Part shown: positions 11,060 to 28,215 of the stretch, piece by piece
Position numbering within the stretch: the stretch's first letter is position 1
Layout of the letters: every line of letters begins with the position of its first letter
NCBI GenBank assembly: GCA_965153355.1
Contig: OZ231126.1
Location: forward strand, 44,578,001-44,642,000
DNA from: Flaccisagitta enflata
Taxonomy: Eukaryota
DNA: 64,000 nt
Direction: 5' to 3'
Notes under the pieces: model-generated
Database searches by the model: none
Told to the model about the DNA's origin: nothing
What the model saw: the letters and a program-made list of their open reading frames with translations, nothing else
Position numbers and translations under genes: made by a program

Positions 11060-12206
11060 AATCTGCCATGAAGACAATGTTATGCCACTGTTAGGGTACG
11101 TGTAGTAAAAAGCTTGAATTTGCAAAAAAAAAAAAAAAAAAAAGAAAAAAAGAAAGGAAATGCGAAACAAATTCTTTACAAATCTGGCCGTTTTTGCTCA
11201 ATCTGCATAAAATTGTTTAATGGTAACACTGGCTAAAATAGATTAAAAATGAAATTCCAGCAAATTTCAACATTTTGTTGAAGCCAAACAACTGTCGACT
11301 GAGGCCAGCACGCTACGGGGGAGGCTTTCATAGGTCAAGAAAAATGCTCGGTCATGACGGCGAGTGGTTTGGGCTTCAGGGAGGTCTATTTTATCACTTG
11401 GTACTGAAGAGAAAAAAATTCCCCTTCAAAATTTTTTTTAAATCAACAAAATGTGTCATATCTGATACATTTTGCCAGATAAGTTGAATAGTGAAAGCCT
11501 ACAGTACGATGGGAGCAATGAGCTCCTCAGAAAGAGGGTCATTTCCTGCTTCCGCATTTCACTGAAGTGGCTCGTGCAATGGTTTTCCTGAAAGCTGGTG
11601 GGTCAGAGCATTGCGTGAATAAAGTTATATGACTCTAGCTGTAACTCTTGACCAAAAAGAAAAAAAATCCAACACCAGTCCAGTCTCGAACCCGCTACTT
11701 AGAAGAGAAAATTCTCATCCCAAGTTCAACGCACTACCAATAAAGCTACCGCGCCGCGCGTAATCAAAAGGCGCCAATCGTTGGTTTTATTTCAATTGCC
11801 TTGGCGCATCTCACCTTGAACTCGACATTACGCGAATTTGTTTTGTTCGTTTGGCTTCGCCGAAGATTTTTATCTCTTGCATGTTTTATTTCATAAAATG
11901 GCTTAAAATCATCGTAGAAACTTTTTTTAAAAAAGAAATTAAAGGATTTTAAAAGATCTATCGAACAGTGTTGGTTTCATGTCGATCACATATGCACGAC
12001 AAGGACAGGAGCGGATCAAAGTCAAACTAAAAAAAACTGGAAATTTTTCAACCCCTCCGTCGTTGACGTAAGGTGCAGGTAATACGTCAGCAAATGTTGG
12101 GGTGTTCATGAACAATATTTCATTTGACTATTTATAAATGTATAAAAACAATAAACAGTTAAGTAAACAGTTTTATTATCAAAAGCTCAAAAAAAGCATA
12201 TTTATA

Positions 12207-12237
<31 letters not shown>

Positions 12238-15200
12238 TTTAAGAATATTTTTTTACAAATAATTTGATTAAACACTAATTTTGTTTTTTATTTATATTTA
12301 TTGCAAACCAATTCTTTTTACTACAAATTTTTCATTTTAGATTTTTTTTAAATAATTTTATTCAAACAAAAATTTAATTATAAAAACCTTCAAAAAAATT
12401 TTAAAAAATTTATATAACTCAAAAATTCATATTCAAAAACACGGTCTGAGGAATAAGGATTTCTAGCTCAAAGTTTAGAGGGGTCAAAAAGGCGAGTCCG
12501 GTGGCACCTATCAAGTTGGGTTTTAAAATGTGCGCATTACCTAGGGGAACATTAATCCAGGCTTGGTTGACCCAATTTCAGGTGCGTGTGCGAATGCCAC
12601 AAAAAAAACCCGCTCAAAATGGCTGAAAATGGCCTTTTTTGGCCATTTTTGGCCCTTGAACCTATCTTAAATTTGGTGGAGAGCCATGAAATTTTGCATG
12701 CACATGTAGTAGACCCTCATTAAGTTGTATGCAAAAATTTTTGAAATTTTGAAAATTTTAAGGTACCTAAATTTGAAAAAAACAGGTTTTTTCCGAGTAT
12801 AGGTCAAGAAAAATGATGTCGTTACCCCTCTTAAAGTTGACCGATTTGGACCAAATTTCTACTGGAGATACTTCACATCATGGACTACCTCCATGTAAAA
12901 TTTCATCCAAATCGGAGCACTTTAAGCGCCCAAAATTCTGTTTGAAAATCAAAAATTAGAAAAAAATGACTCCGAAAATCGTCTTTGAGCTGGTGGCATT
13001 GTCATATCAGGGCAGGGATGTATGAACCATGGGCCAAAGTTCCTTTAAAAGACTGTTGGTGATGCCAAAAAAAAATTTCATGACCCTGGGAGCAGAAATT
13101 GCTGATTTTAGGCCTTTTTTCAATCTGTAACCTGAAGAAAAGTTGAAATATGGTCCTGAAATTTTGCATGCACATGTAATAGACCCTAATTATGTTTTAT
13201 GGAAAAAACATGGAATGTCCAAAAAATTTAAGGTACCTAAATTTAAAAAAACAAGTTTTTTCGAGTATAGTTGAGAAAATGATGTCATTACCCCCCTTAA
13301 TATTGGCTGATTTGGACAAATTGTTGAGGTACTTCACATCATGGACTACTCCATGTAAAATTTCATCCAAATCGACACTTTAAGTGCCCAAATTTCTGTA
13401 CGAAAATCAAAATTGAAAAATGAGTCTGTAATCTGAGCTGAGGCATTAAATATATTAGGCAGGGATGTATGAACCATGGGCCAAAATTTTTAAGAGACTG
13501 TTGGTGATGCCCCAAAAAAATTTCATGACCCTGGGAGCATTTTTTGGGTGTCAAATTACAATTCTTTGGAGACCATAAGAGTGAAAATTAAAAAAATTGC
13601 CAATTTTAGGCCTTTTTCAACCCGTAACCCGAAAAAAGTTGAGATATGGTCCTGAAATTTTGCATGCACATGTAATAGAGCCTAATTATGTATTATAGAA
13701 AAGTGGAATGTCCAAAAAATTTTTAGGTACCACAATTTCAGAAAAACAGTGTAGTTGAGGAAATATTATGTTGTTACCCCCCAAAAGTTAATTAATTTCG
13801 ACCAAATTTTTACAGAAGGTACTTCACATCGTGGGTTACCTCCATGTAAAATTTCATCCTAATTGGAGCACGTTAAGACCAACATACTGACCAACTAACC
13901 AGCCACCATGGCTAGGTGTAGAGTCGTGTGTCCGCGACTAGACAGCTATCATCTGCACTCTTGGTAGTCAGTGATATATATAGTTCCTCAAAGAACTGTT
14001 ATTTGACACCCAAAAAATGCTCCCAGGGTCATGAAATTTTATTGGGGCATCACCAACAGTCTCTTAAAGGAATTTTGGCCCATGGTTCATACATCCCTGC
14101 CCTAATATGACAATGCCACCAGCTCAAAGACGATTTTCGGAGTCATTTTTTTCCAATTTTTAATGGTCGTACAGAATTTTGGGCACTTAAAGTGCTCCGA
14201 TTTGGATGAAATTTTACATGGAGGTAGTCCATGATGTGAAGTACCTCAAATAAAAATTTTGTCCAAATCGGTCGACAATAAGGGGGGTAATCACATCATT
14301 TTCTCTTAACTATACTCGAAAAAAACTTCTTTTTTTTAAATTTAGGAACCTTAAATTTTTTTGGACATTTCATGTTTTTTCCATAAAACATAATTAGGGT
14401 CTCTTACATGTGCATGCAAAATTTCAGGACCATATTTCAACTTTTCTTCAGGTTACAGGTTGAAAAAAGGCCTAAAATCGGCAATTTCCGCGATTTTTGG
14501 TCTGACGGTCTTCAAAGAACTGTTATTTGACACCCAAAAAATGCTCCCAGGGTCATGAAATTTTTTTGGGGCATCACCAACAGTCTCTTAAAGGAATTTT
14601 GGCCCATGGTTCATACGTCCCTGCCCTGATATGACAATGCCACCAGTTCAAAGACGATTTTCAGAGTCATTTTTTTCCAATTTTTGATTTTCGAACACAA
14701 TTTAGGGCACTAGTGCTCTGATTTGATGAAATTTATATTGAGGTCCATGATGTGAAGTACCTCCAATAAAAAATTTTGTCCAAATCGGTTGACAATAAGG
14801 TAATGACATCATTTTTCTTGACCTATACTCGGAAAACTCCATTTTTCTTAAATTTGGCACTAAAATTTTCAAATTTCAATATTTTTTGCATACAACTTAA
14901 TTAGGGTCTACTACATGTGCATGCAAAATCTTATGGCTCTCCACCAAGTTTAAAGTAGGTTTAAGGGGCAAAAATGGCCAAAAAAGGCCATTTTCGGCCA
15001 TTTTGGGCAGTTTTTTTTAGTGGCATTGGAACACACACCTGAAATTGGGTCAACCAAGCCTGGATTAATGTTCCCCTAAGTAGTACGCACATTTTAAGAC
15101 CCAACATGATAGGTGCCACTGGATTCGCCACTTTTATGAAGCCCTACAAAACCTTAATCCTCAGACGGAACATCGGAAAATTGATATAAAATTTTTTCTT

Positions 15201-16410
15201 TTTTAAAGTTGAAAATGTTACTTCTAAGCAATAACAATATAAGTTAATGAATAAATTATATTGTTTATTCATCGACACACACTGTTTATTAACAAAATTA
15301 TCAAATGTTGATCATTTTTGTAATTTATTAATTTTTTTATCAAACTGTTTATAAATATGCTTTCATGTCCCGTTCATGAATATCCCATTTTTCGCTAACG
15401 GAATATCTCCGCACTCCCTACTTATTGCCCCTGCGCTCCTCTTAACTTGACTGCTGCTTACATGCTGCGCCGAAGCTTTGGTTTCATGCTGCTGCAGCTG
15501 CTGCTGCTTCAGACTGAGGCCGCATCGCTACAGCTGACCAGTAGAGTTTGTTGTTGGCTAACTGTGAGCACTGGCACGAGCGCTGCATTAACCTCAAAAG
15601 ATTTGATGTTCTTACGTCAACGTCAAGGGCTTTAAACAATAAAACTACTGATAGATTATGTGTCCGTAACTGTCGTTGGGGCAATGACAAAGATGCAATA
15701 ACGGTAGACTTTGACCTAGAATCCGCTCTGTTTGTTCTATGAACTTGATTTTTTTTCATGGGTAGGCGCTATGTTGGGAATATGGTTTGTTTAAAATCTC
15801 ATGATTATATTGATAATAGTTCATTAGTTATGAATATTCTTTTTAAATCATGTTTTAAATAATGTCCGAGATAAAGGTAAGGCTTTTTCTTAAACCCCGG
15901 CCGAATGTTGTTTCAGTCAAAGTGTTTGTCTCACATCGATCGCATAAGTTCAGAAAAAAAAGTAGCAAAATGCGAGGAGACGAAAGATCGCCGCGCGTTA
16001 TCTGCTTACAAACTTATTTGAAATGTCGATATCTGCATGAAATTTTAAACATGTTATATTTAGTCAGAGAGTACACATAGATGGGGTAGGAGCACTGGAT
16101 ATCGATATCGAGTCTCAGCCTTGGGGTTTCTTTGACCGTAGAATCGATTGGAAGGGTCAAAAAAGGTCAAAAATGACAGGATCGCGGCGCGCAACGGACC
16201 TGATCGAGCATTATGACGCTTTTTCTTCATTTGCCATCTATTTCCGGTGCTAGGCCGGGTCTTTGAGCTCACCTGTACTCAGTAACTCATACAACTTGAC
16301 TTGAAATGGATCTAGAATCCTGTTTATTTCAATTTCATGAGGATTTTTTCGTCAGGAAGGGTGTTTTTAACCGATTTTCTCAGCCTAGGGCCCTCTATCG
16401 AGCATTATAA
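11060..16410. mobile_element. Composite degraded DNA-element region; parts homologous in inverted orientation to ~21040-23200
   Basis: CAGTACGATGGGAGCAATGAGC.. (11502) vs ..GCTCATTGCTCCCATCGTACTG (22676); TAGTCAGAGAGTACACATAGATGGGG (16061) vs its reverse complement at 21345-21370. Boundaries approximate. Confidence 0.6.
12442..15168. mobile_element. 2.7-kb foldback element with long TIR arms built from ~490-bp subrepeats
   Basis: CGGTCTGAGGAATAAGG...GGTGGCACCTATCAAGTTGGG...ATTAATCCAGGCTTGGTTGACCCAATTTCAGGTG mirrored at 15030-15168; AACA on both flanks (possible 4-bp TSD). Confidence 0.85.
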
Positions 16411-16695
16411 CATAGGAAAACAGGAAAAAGTCGCATTTTCGATTAACTGATAACGCGTGTTGACATTTTTTTTTATCATTTCTTATAGATTTGTTTTAAT
16501 AATTCTTAAGAGCAGTAATACTAATAAATAAAAGGAAGGTGAGGAGGGAGAGGGGAGGAGGAAGGTGAGGGAGGAGGGGGAGGACGAGGAGGGGGAGGAG
16601 GAGGAAGAAAACGATAGAAGCAACCACTTGAAGAAGAATCTTGTTAAACTGCCGTCGAACTCTTGTGCAGTTTTGGATGGGAAGAAGAAGAAGAA

Positions 16696-16727
<32 letters not shown>

Positions 16728-16799
16728 AGAGGAAGAAGAGAAGAGGAAGAAGAAGAAGAAATAAGAAGAAGAAGAAGAAAAGAAGAAAGAAGTCTGCAA

Positions 16800-18935
16800 A
16801 GGCTAGATAGCCACCAAAAAAATTCATGCCCCCAGAGTTCATGTGGGTGTGAGGTGGTTAGAGGGGCAGCGGCTCCGAAGGGGCCGATGACCTATCCTGT
16901 TTTTACTGCAGCTGGGATGTGAGCCTTCAGTCTGGGATGTGACCCTCGGGGCTGGGATTTAAGCCTTGAGGTTAGGATTTGAGCTTTCAGACTGGGATTT
17001 GAGCTTTCAGACTGGGATTTGAGCCTCGAAACTGGGATTTGAGCCTCGAAACTGGTATTTGAGCCTCGAGACTAGGATTTGAGCCTTGAGTTTGGGATTT
17101 GAGCCTTGAGATTGGGATTAAAGCCTTGAGATTGGGATATGAGCCTGGAGACTGGGACTTGAGCCTCGAGACTGGGACGGAGCCTCGAGAGCTGGGGTAC
17201 ACTGAAGAAAAGCGGAGAAATTTCCCTATGTGAAAGTATTTGCCTTCGGGGCCGCTGTTCAAAAAGAAGAAGAAGAAGTTGCCCAAGAAGGAAGAGCTGA
17301 TGCAGGCGAAGCAAACCTGCTGCAAATATTTCCTTTATGCAATGGTTCACAATGTTTGGGAGAAGAAGAAGAAGAAGAAGAAGAAGAAGAAGAAGAAGAA
17401 GAAGAAGAAGAAGAAGAAGGAGAAGAAGAAGAAGAACAGGTCGCCCAAGGGCAATATGTGGTCAGCGATACCCGTTGCCCTGCTTTGAGTGATTGCAAAT
17501 TGGAGTGTGGGGAAGCAGGGCAGCGGCCCCGAACGAGACGAAGTCCTGTAGAACACAGGGGGACTTTCGTTCGTCCTCCCTGAAGAAGTGGATGAGATGC
17601 TATAGAGGGCTGACTGAAGGCATTCAAGAGCCTAAACTGAGGTCTAAGAGGGCTGATATAAGGCCTCAGAATGCCGATTGGAAGCTTGAGAGGGCCAACT
17701 TGAGGCTTGAGAGAGCTGGATTAAGGCTTGAAAGGCCAGAGGACTGATTTGAAGCCTAGGAGCAATAAATGGAGGCTTAGAAGCCTGATTTGAGGCCTGA
17801 GAGGCCTAATTTTATGCATGAGGCCAGGTTTGAGCTCCGAGAATTTGGATTCGGTGCCCGAGGCCAGACTGAGGCCTGGGAGAGGTTTGACGGAGGCCTG
17901 GGAGGCCAGATTTGTGGCCTGGGAGGCCAGATTTGAGGCCTAAGAGGTTAGATTTGAGGCCTGGGAGGCTGGATTTGAGACCCGAGAGGGTTAGGATTTA
18001 TGCCCTTGTTGTGATTTGGAGAACATCTGAGGGGCTCCAACGAAGTGGGGACTAACGAACTAACGCGACAACGGACGGACTATTAACGAAAGTCCTCTGT
18101 GTTCTACAGGATATCGTTCCTTCGGCCGCTGCCCAAAAGAAGAAGGAGGAAGAACGGGAAGGGGAAGAGAAGAAAATCGAAGGGAAGGAGAGGGAACTAG
18201 CTCGAGGCCATATTGACAGCGGTCGTTTCTCACTGACATTGATGTTATTTCTTATTGTGATGTTGAGGTAATAAAGCAGTGGGCCCAGAGGGGCTGATTA
18301 CCTACCTCTTAGGGCTGATTTGAGCTTTATTCCGATCTACAAGGGCTGATTTGTGTTTTAAGAGGCTTTATTCAGGTTTGCAAGGACTTAATTTAGGCTA
18401 ATTTGCGGCCTGAATGAGCTGATTTTAAGCCGAAGAAGGCCGATTTGAGGTCTGCAAGGGCTTATATTAGGCCTGTATGAGCTGTTTTCAGGCTTGAAAA
18501 GTCTGCGAGGGCTGATTTGAGCCCTGAGAGGCTTTATTCAGGTCTGCGAGGGCTGATTTCAGGATTAAGAGGTCTAATCTGAGTCCTGAATTGACTTGAT
18601 TTCAGGCCTGAGAAGGCTGACTTCTGGTCTGGAAGAGCTGATTTGAAGCTTGAAAGGGCTTTTTTCAGGCCTGAAAAGGCCTAGTAAAGGGCTGGCAGAG
18701 CTGATTTGAGGCCTGAGAGGGTTAATTTCCGGCCTGAGAAGGCTGATTTGGGGTCCGAAAAAGCTGATTTGAGTCCTGAGAGGGCTGATTTGAAGTCTGG
18801 AGAAGCTGATTTGAAGTCTGGAGAAGCTGATTTGAGGCCTGATTGAGTCCCAAAATGACTTGAGGGGGTGGGACGGAATTAATCGGATAAACGGAGAAAC
18901 AAAATCGTGAAATCATAGGTCATCGACCCCTCGAG
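16800..18935. mobile_element. Cluster of three minisatellite-carrying elements (~16800-17265, ~17440-18140, ~18275-18935) separated by (GAA)n/purine tracts
   Basis: The first two have GGGCAGCGGC..GA / TCGG..CCGCTG ends and the third has more degenerate ends; all have a ~21-bp GATTTGAG(G)CCT array. Confidence 0.7.
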
Positions 18936-19282
18936 GAAGAATAAATTAGTAGGCAGAAAAGCAGTCTTTGCAGATCACAATTCAAAAATGTTATGGATGG
19001 TTGGAAGGATCTACCAAATGCACAGCTAGGCGTCGTCGCGTAACTGCAACTAAAAACCAAGAATGAATAAAAAGACATTGTTCATGTAAATCGGAGCACA
19101 CAGGTACAAAGAGACGGTATGGATAAAACAGAAGTAAAATCCCTTCTCTCCCCTACCCCCCAGTTCAATTATCAAGTAGAATTCAAAATAGGTTGCCTTT
19201 GAAAACTCGCGGCAATATTTATGAACCACATGCATCTAGACTTGATGTCATTTGGGATTGTTGTTTTCATATCGACTACGCG

Positions 19283-19377
<95 letters not shown>

Positions 19378-21039
19378 AAGAGTATCGATGATCAGTCCGA
19401 TGATGCGTTTTGGCGCTTAAATACGCGGAAGCAATTGTCGGAATGATGCAATTCATTAGGGAAAGCTTTTTTTAAGAAAAGAATTGATGATGAACTTGAT
19501 GAAACATTGACAATGACATTAATGATAATGAATATGTTGCTAAGCAAGGCAGGCCAGGTTTGTCGGTTCACGATAGAATTGACTCGAAATTTAGAGCCAC
19601 TAAGAACAATCAGGGAAAGAATCTAGAATTGATGAATACAATGAATCATGGGAGATAAAGGTGTTATTCTTTTATTTTATTCGTTTTATTTAGACGCTTA
19701 CATGCAACTGACCCGATCTGTCTTTTTTTTTGCCATTTTTTTGTCATTTTACGTCATTTTACGTCATTTTAAGTCTTTTTAAGTCTTGACGACCGCACGC
19801 GACTTACAGGTGTTGGCCTTGTTTTTTCTTTGATTACCTTCCCCATTTTCAGACCTTTTTGTTTTATTACCCCCTGTCTAGGGAGATACCTAATAACATG
19901 TATGCCTCCTCTATTCTCGTTCTCGCTCAAAGTGCGTCAAATTCATTGCGCCAAAGACGTCAACAGAATTTGGCCCCTCTTTGTTGTATTGGCTTTAATG
20001 AGACTATCGAGTCCTTCAACGCCACAGCATCTTCAGCCGTGATGGCGTGACCTCTTGCCTCAAAATACAAATTGCAGATCCCGAGAATTACGCCTATTGC
20101 AGAATACCATGTATTTGTTTTTTTTTTAAGGTCTTTCTCTTTCTCTTTCTCTTTCTATCTCTCTCTCTCTTTGCAATTGATAAAGATTTCTCAATGTCAA
20201 CAAAGTTTCTTTTTGAGTCGCGTTTACGCGACTACAAAATGCTTGGCCCATCCGTCAGTTGGTCAATTGGTCCCCATTTGAGCTTCACTAGAGCCCATTT
20301 CAAGGGGCTGAGCTAAAAGATATCATGTACTGAAGCTGCCCTTTTGCCTATGTAGAAATAAGTCAAATAACTACATAATCTTTCATGGGACAGTAGATAA
20401 TATGCTCTGAAGGTGGGCAGGGGAGGGGGGTGGCTCAAGCGGTGCTTCACTGTACGTATTTGCGGTCTTTGGTCTCTTTGCTCCCACCTAAATCCTGTAA
20501 TGATCATAAATACTACCTCTACTCACTTTCAGGCTACTGGGGAAGCCGAGTTGCTTGGCCTTGGATTTCTTCTTCTAAAGCTTGAGTTTACGTATAACTT
20601 AAGGATATCAAGAACCAGTATTTGTGGCGTCACTTGTCAAGACCTATTTGTGACGTCACTTGGTAAGCCATATCAAGTTTCATCTATTACCTGAGAAATA
20701 TGTAGGTACAAGAGACATAATTTTCAGAAGGTACCTTTTTCTTCTACATGACGCCATTTTCAGGAGGAGAATATAAGTAACTTAGCTCTTTGATCATGAA
20801 AAAATAACTCATTTTCGCATTTTGATGCACACTGTGGAAATGATGCCCGGTCCTAGCCAAAAAATCTTAATATAATGGTCATTTTGGGTGTCAAGCAATT
20901 CAGCACAAAAACATAATTGAGCTTCACAATGAAAACCTAGCTCAATTATTACCGGAGAAAAATGGTCACATAGTAGGGTAAAGATAAATGAAAATCATTC
21001 ACTTTCCGCTGCCTTTCAAATAACAGGCAATTATGCTCA

Positions 21040-23200
21040 ATACGGGGCCCCAAGGCAGATTTTACACAGGAATAACGCTAAAATTTGTTGATATGAGGTA
21101 TTTGTCTCACAACTGATGTTTGAGATAATGTAAAAAACCACATAACATCGAACTAACATATGTAGGTATGGATTGGAAGCCCGAAAAAGCATAAAAAATC
21201 TCAAAATAGCCAAAAAATGGCTATAATGCTCGATCAGGTCCGTTGCGCGCCGCGATCCGGTCATTTTTGACCTATTTTGACCCCTCCAATCGATTCTACG
21301 GTCAAGGAAACCCCTAGGGTGAGTCTCGATATCCAGTGCTCCTACCCCATCTATGTGTACTCTCTGACTAATGTTATATTCTTGCGTGACACCGCTAACT
21401 GACAGTTTTTCAGTGTAATCCTGACAGGTGAATATATCAGAAGACTTAGAAAAATTTCATGTTTTTGACAACGTGAAAAAAATGTTATATGCTATTACGG
21501 CTGAAGTAATTACATGATCGCCGTACAACTTACCCATGATTTGTCCAGGGCTTGGATGGGTATTCATACAAAATTTCAGAAAATTTCATAGAATATTTTT
21601 TAAGCTACGCTAATTTGAAATTTTTGGGTAGGTAGGCTGGTTCGGGTGGTTGCACGATCTGAAGTTTACTCAAACTTCACTCATCAGTAGAAAAGGTCAT
21701 ATGATGTTACCATACAAAAAATCATGTCAATCGGTCAATCCGTTCATGAGATATGAGCTTTCAAAGTTTTGGTAAAAAAAGTCACGACGATTTCCGCCAC
21801 TTTGAGAAAAAAATCACGAACACGTTTCGTTCTCTGACTTAGCGTATTTCACGCTCAAGCGCTCATGAAATCATGAACTAAGTTTCTTCTTTTGATCTCT
21901 ACATCTAAAATATCAGGAGTATCGGAAAAATAAAAAGAACAGAGGAAAGCTTAAACGCTAGGCTTTCTAATGATGTAAAATTTGATGGTAATATCCTAAA
22001 AGATATAGCACAAGGTTACACTCTTCGCACCGGCCACCTTCAAAAGTTGTATTGGAAAATTCCGATAGACAGACGAAGACGAGCGAAGGTTTATATCTAA
22101 TAACGGCTCTAAAATGCCAAAACGCTGAATCAGTTCACATTTTATATCTACAAGAAAATGTACGTTTTGGTCGTTAAGAAATCAATTAAAATGTATCGAA
22201 CCAACACTATTCGAAAGCCCTCGAAAAGCTCTTTAATTCCTTTTTTTAACAATGTTTCTACGATGAGTTTGAGCCATTTTATGAAGAAAAGTATGCCAGG
22301 CCAGGAATGAAATCTCCGCCGAAGTCGATCGAACAAGACAAATTTGCGCAACGGCGCCTGGGAGCTAAGTCGTGCGAACTGAATTAAAAGAAAGACAACG
22401 ATTAACACTAATTAAATGCCTGTGGCGCGATAGCTTTATTGTTGTCGTGCTGAACTTGGGATAAGAATTTCTTTCCTATGGTGCAGGTTCGAAACCGGGA
22501 AGTTGATAGTCTTTTTTTCTTTATGGTCAATAGTTACAGCTAGAGAATCATAACTATATTCACGCAACTCTCTGGCCCATCAGCTTTCAGAAAAACCATC
22601 ACTTGAGCTACTTCGTTGAAATGCGGAAGCAGGAAATGAGCCTCTTTCTGAGGGGCTCATTGCTCCCATCGTACTGTATCTTAATTCTTTGTAAAAGAAT
22701 CATATCCCTTGTAAAATTTCCATTCATTTGATAGGTCGCACTATATGTTTTTATTAAGAGACAAAAAAGTTCAATATCGTCCTACATTACTGTTGGTTGT
22801 CATAAGTGTAATGTTGTTATCTTGTGTTGTAAGAAAATTGGACTTTTTTATTTCACAGCAGAAGTATATAGTGCGACCTATCAAACGACTGGAAATTTTA
22901 CCAGGAATGCGAATCTCTATTCGAAACCTACAAAATTTTTATGTGAAAATATTCATGGCAAAAAACATTGTTAAAGAGCTATATATTGTTGATTTTCAAC
23001 AAATTTTGAAGGGCATTTCTTTTATTTCGAATGGGAAAAGATAGAGGAAGTCTCCCTCATCTCAAAACCAGTGGCCGTTACAACCGAGTATTTAATACAG
23101 CCTGCAGAGGTTTCTCCCGTGGCGTGCCAGTGCCTCTAAATTTTTCATGTAAAAAAATCCTAGTAGGCTTTGTGCTCTTAGACATGACAACGCAGAATAT
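21040..23200. mobile_element. Second composite copy of the 11060-16410 family, including a small palindromic MITE at ~22697-22915
   Basis: Inverted homology as above; TTTGATAGGTCGCACTATAT / ATATAGTGCGACCTATCAAA palindrome. Confidence 0.6.
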
Positions 23201-23310
23201 CTCTTAGTGAACTCTTAAAGCAGAGTAAAGGTTCTGCGATACGGAACGACGGATCAGGAGCCACCAAGACATCATGTGGTTATTTGCCGGATTGCTCGAT
23301 CTCGAGAGAG

Positions 23311-23422
<112 letters not shown>

Positions 23423-23582
23423 TAATCAAATTGATAAAGATAAAACAAGTTTTCGACTTAACGTTCGAAAACTCGACTCATCATGAATGAACTTTTTCTG
23501 CTCTCGATTTCAAGAACAAATAATTGAATGAAAATATTTGCCGCGGCAACTGAATGTATGTACTATACGAATTAATAAAAAA

Positions 23583-23953
23583 GACGCACTTTTGAATAGT
23601 TGATTGCGCCATTGAAAATCAAAAAAATTAACTAAAATCTTAGACCATTTTGAAGCCCTTGAAAAACTCTTTCATTTGCCGCCAATCTGGTATCTCTATC
23701 TTTTTTCGTTTGGAAATAGCATTAGTTTGAGTAAAAATGTTGCAAAATTTGTTTTTGCAGTCTCTTTGAAAAAGATGCATTTCAGCAAAATGGTGTCTCA
23801 CTTTAAAGCGCTCTAGCTCCTAAACCGTTAAAGATACAGATCTAGGATTAGTCTAGAATGAAAGGTAATTTGAAAATCTTCAAAATCACTCTCTCTGTAA
23901 AATATTTTTGATACTTTTTAAGTTAGTTTTATCAGCAAATAAAAAGGTGCGTC
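23583..23953. mobile_element. MITE with GACGCAC...GTGCGTC termini
   Basis: AAGACGCACTTT / AAAGGTGCGTCTT inverted ends, same termini as 3172-5422. Confidence 0.65.
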
Positions 23954-24420
23954 TTTTTTTTTAATTCGCGTAGTATATACTTATGAAGAGGAGATCAACG
24001 TGTATTCTGCCGCACCAATCAAATCCATGTATGAAGAAGAGAACAAGTGACGCGGGGTCGCAATATCGTTGCGGATGGGTGGGCAGGGCAGAGGCATCCA
24101 ACCCCCATCCACACTTAATACCCCCCACCCCTACACACACAAACACAAAACGCATCTTAAACGCCGTTTTTCGCACTTTTTGACTCGTGTTCACAGACGA
24201 ATGGACCGACGGACGAAAGGACGGACAAAGCCTCTCACAGAGTTACGTGCCCGCAACTAAAAACGTGTACTCTGCCGCATGTCGAGTTGACTTCTCTCAT
24301 TCCCAGTGTGGATGAACCGGTGTCATAGTCATTTCTACTTCGAGAAGACAAACGCCCCAAAACGTGTACTTTATATTCGAAAAATCAATTTTGATTATTT
24401 TCTGACGCTTAAGAAAAAGT

Positions 24421-27765
<3,345 letters not shown>

Positions 27766-28215
27766 ATTATTTTTCTCGATAAAACACATGTATCAGAAAT
27801 AAACAGGTAGTCATTCTCTTCAACATATGTTGGGGTGAGCTAGAGTGAAGTTCAAGGGCGTTCGAGGGTATTCAAGGGTTCAAGGTTCCGTATCAACAAA
27901 TGAACAGTTTATCAAAATTTTGAACTATCAGGCAAGGATGGATCCAATGTTGATATTGTTAATTCTTTTTTTTTAGTTTTAATGAGTCACGTTGAAAAAG
28001 TAAGCTTGAAAAGATTACAATGAAATACGAATAATTCGAACGGCAAGTAAATTACAGCAAAAAGAATGAACATCCTTGAACTGACGCAATTCTTACCCAG
28101 GCGTGTTAATCAAAATGGTTCTTCTGTGCCTAAATTTAGTTGAACCTCGTGATAACGGATGTCAAGAGAGGGATGAACTTTATCCCTCATGATTATTACT
28201 GTTAGTATGATAGGT

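Noticed and set aside
11675-11755. Functional tRNA-Pro gene
   Set aside because: Acceptor and anticodon stems do not pair properly; kept only as a tRNA-derived module.
15484-15759. 91-aa minus-strand ORF
   Set aside because: No recognisable domain; lies in a composite repeat region.
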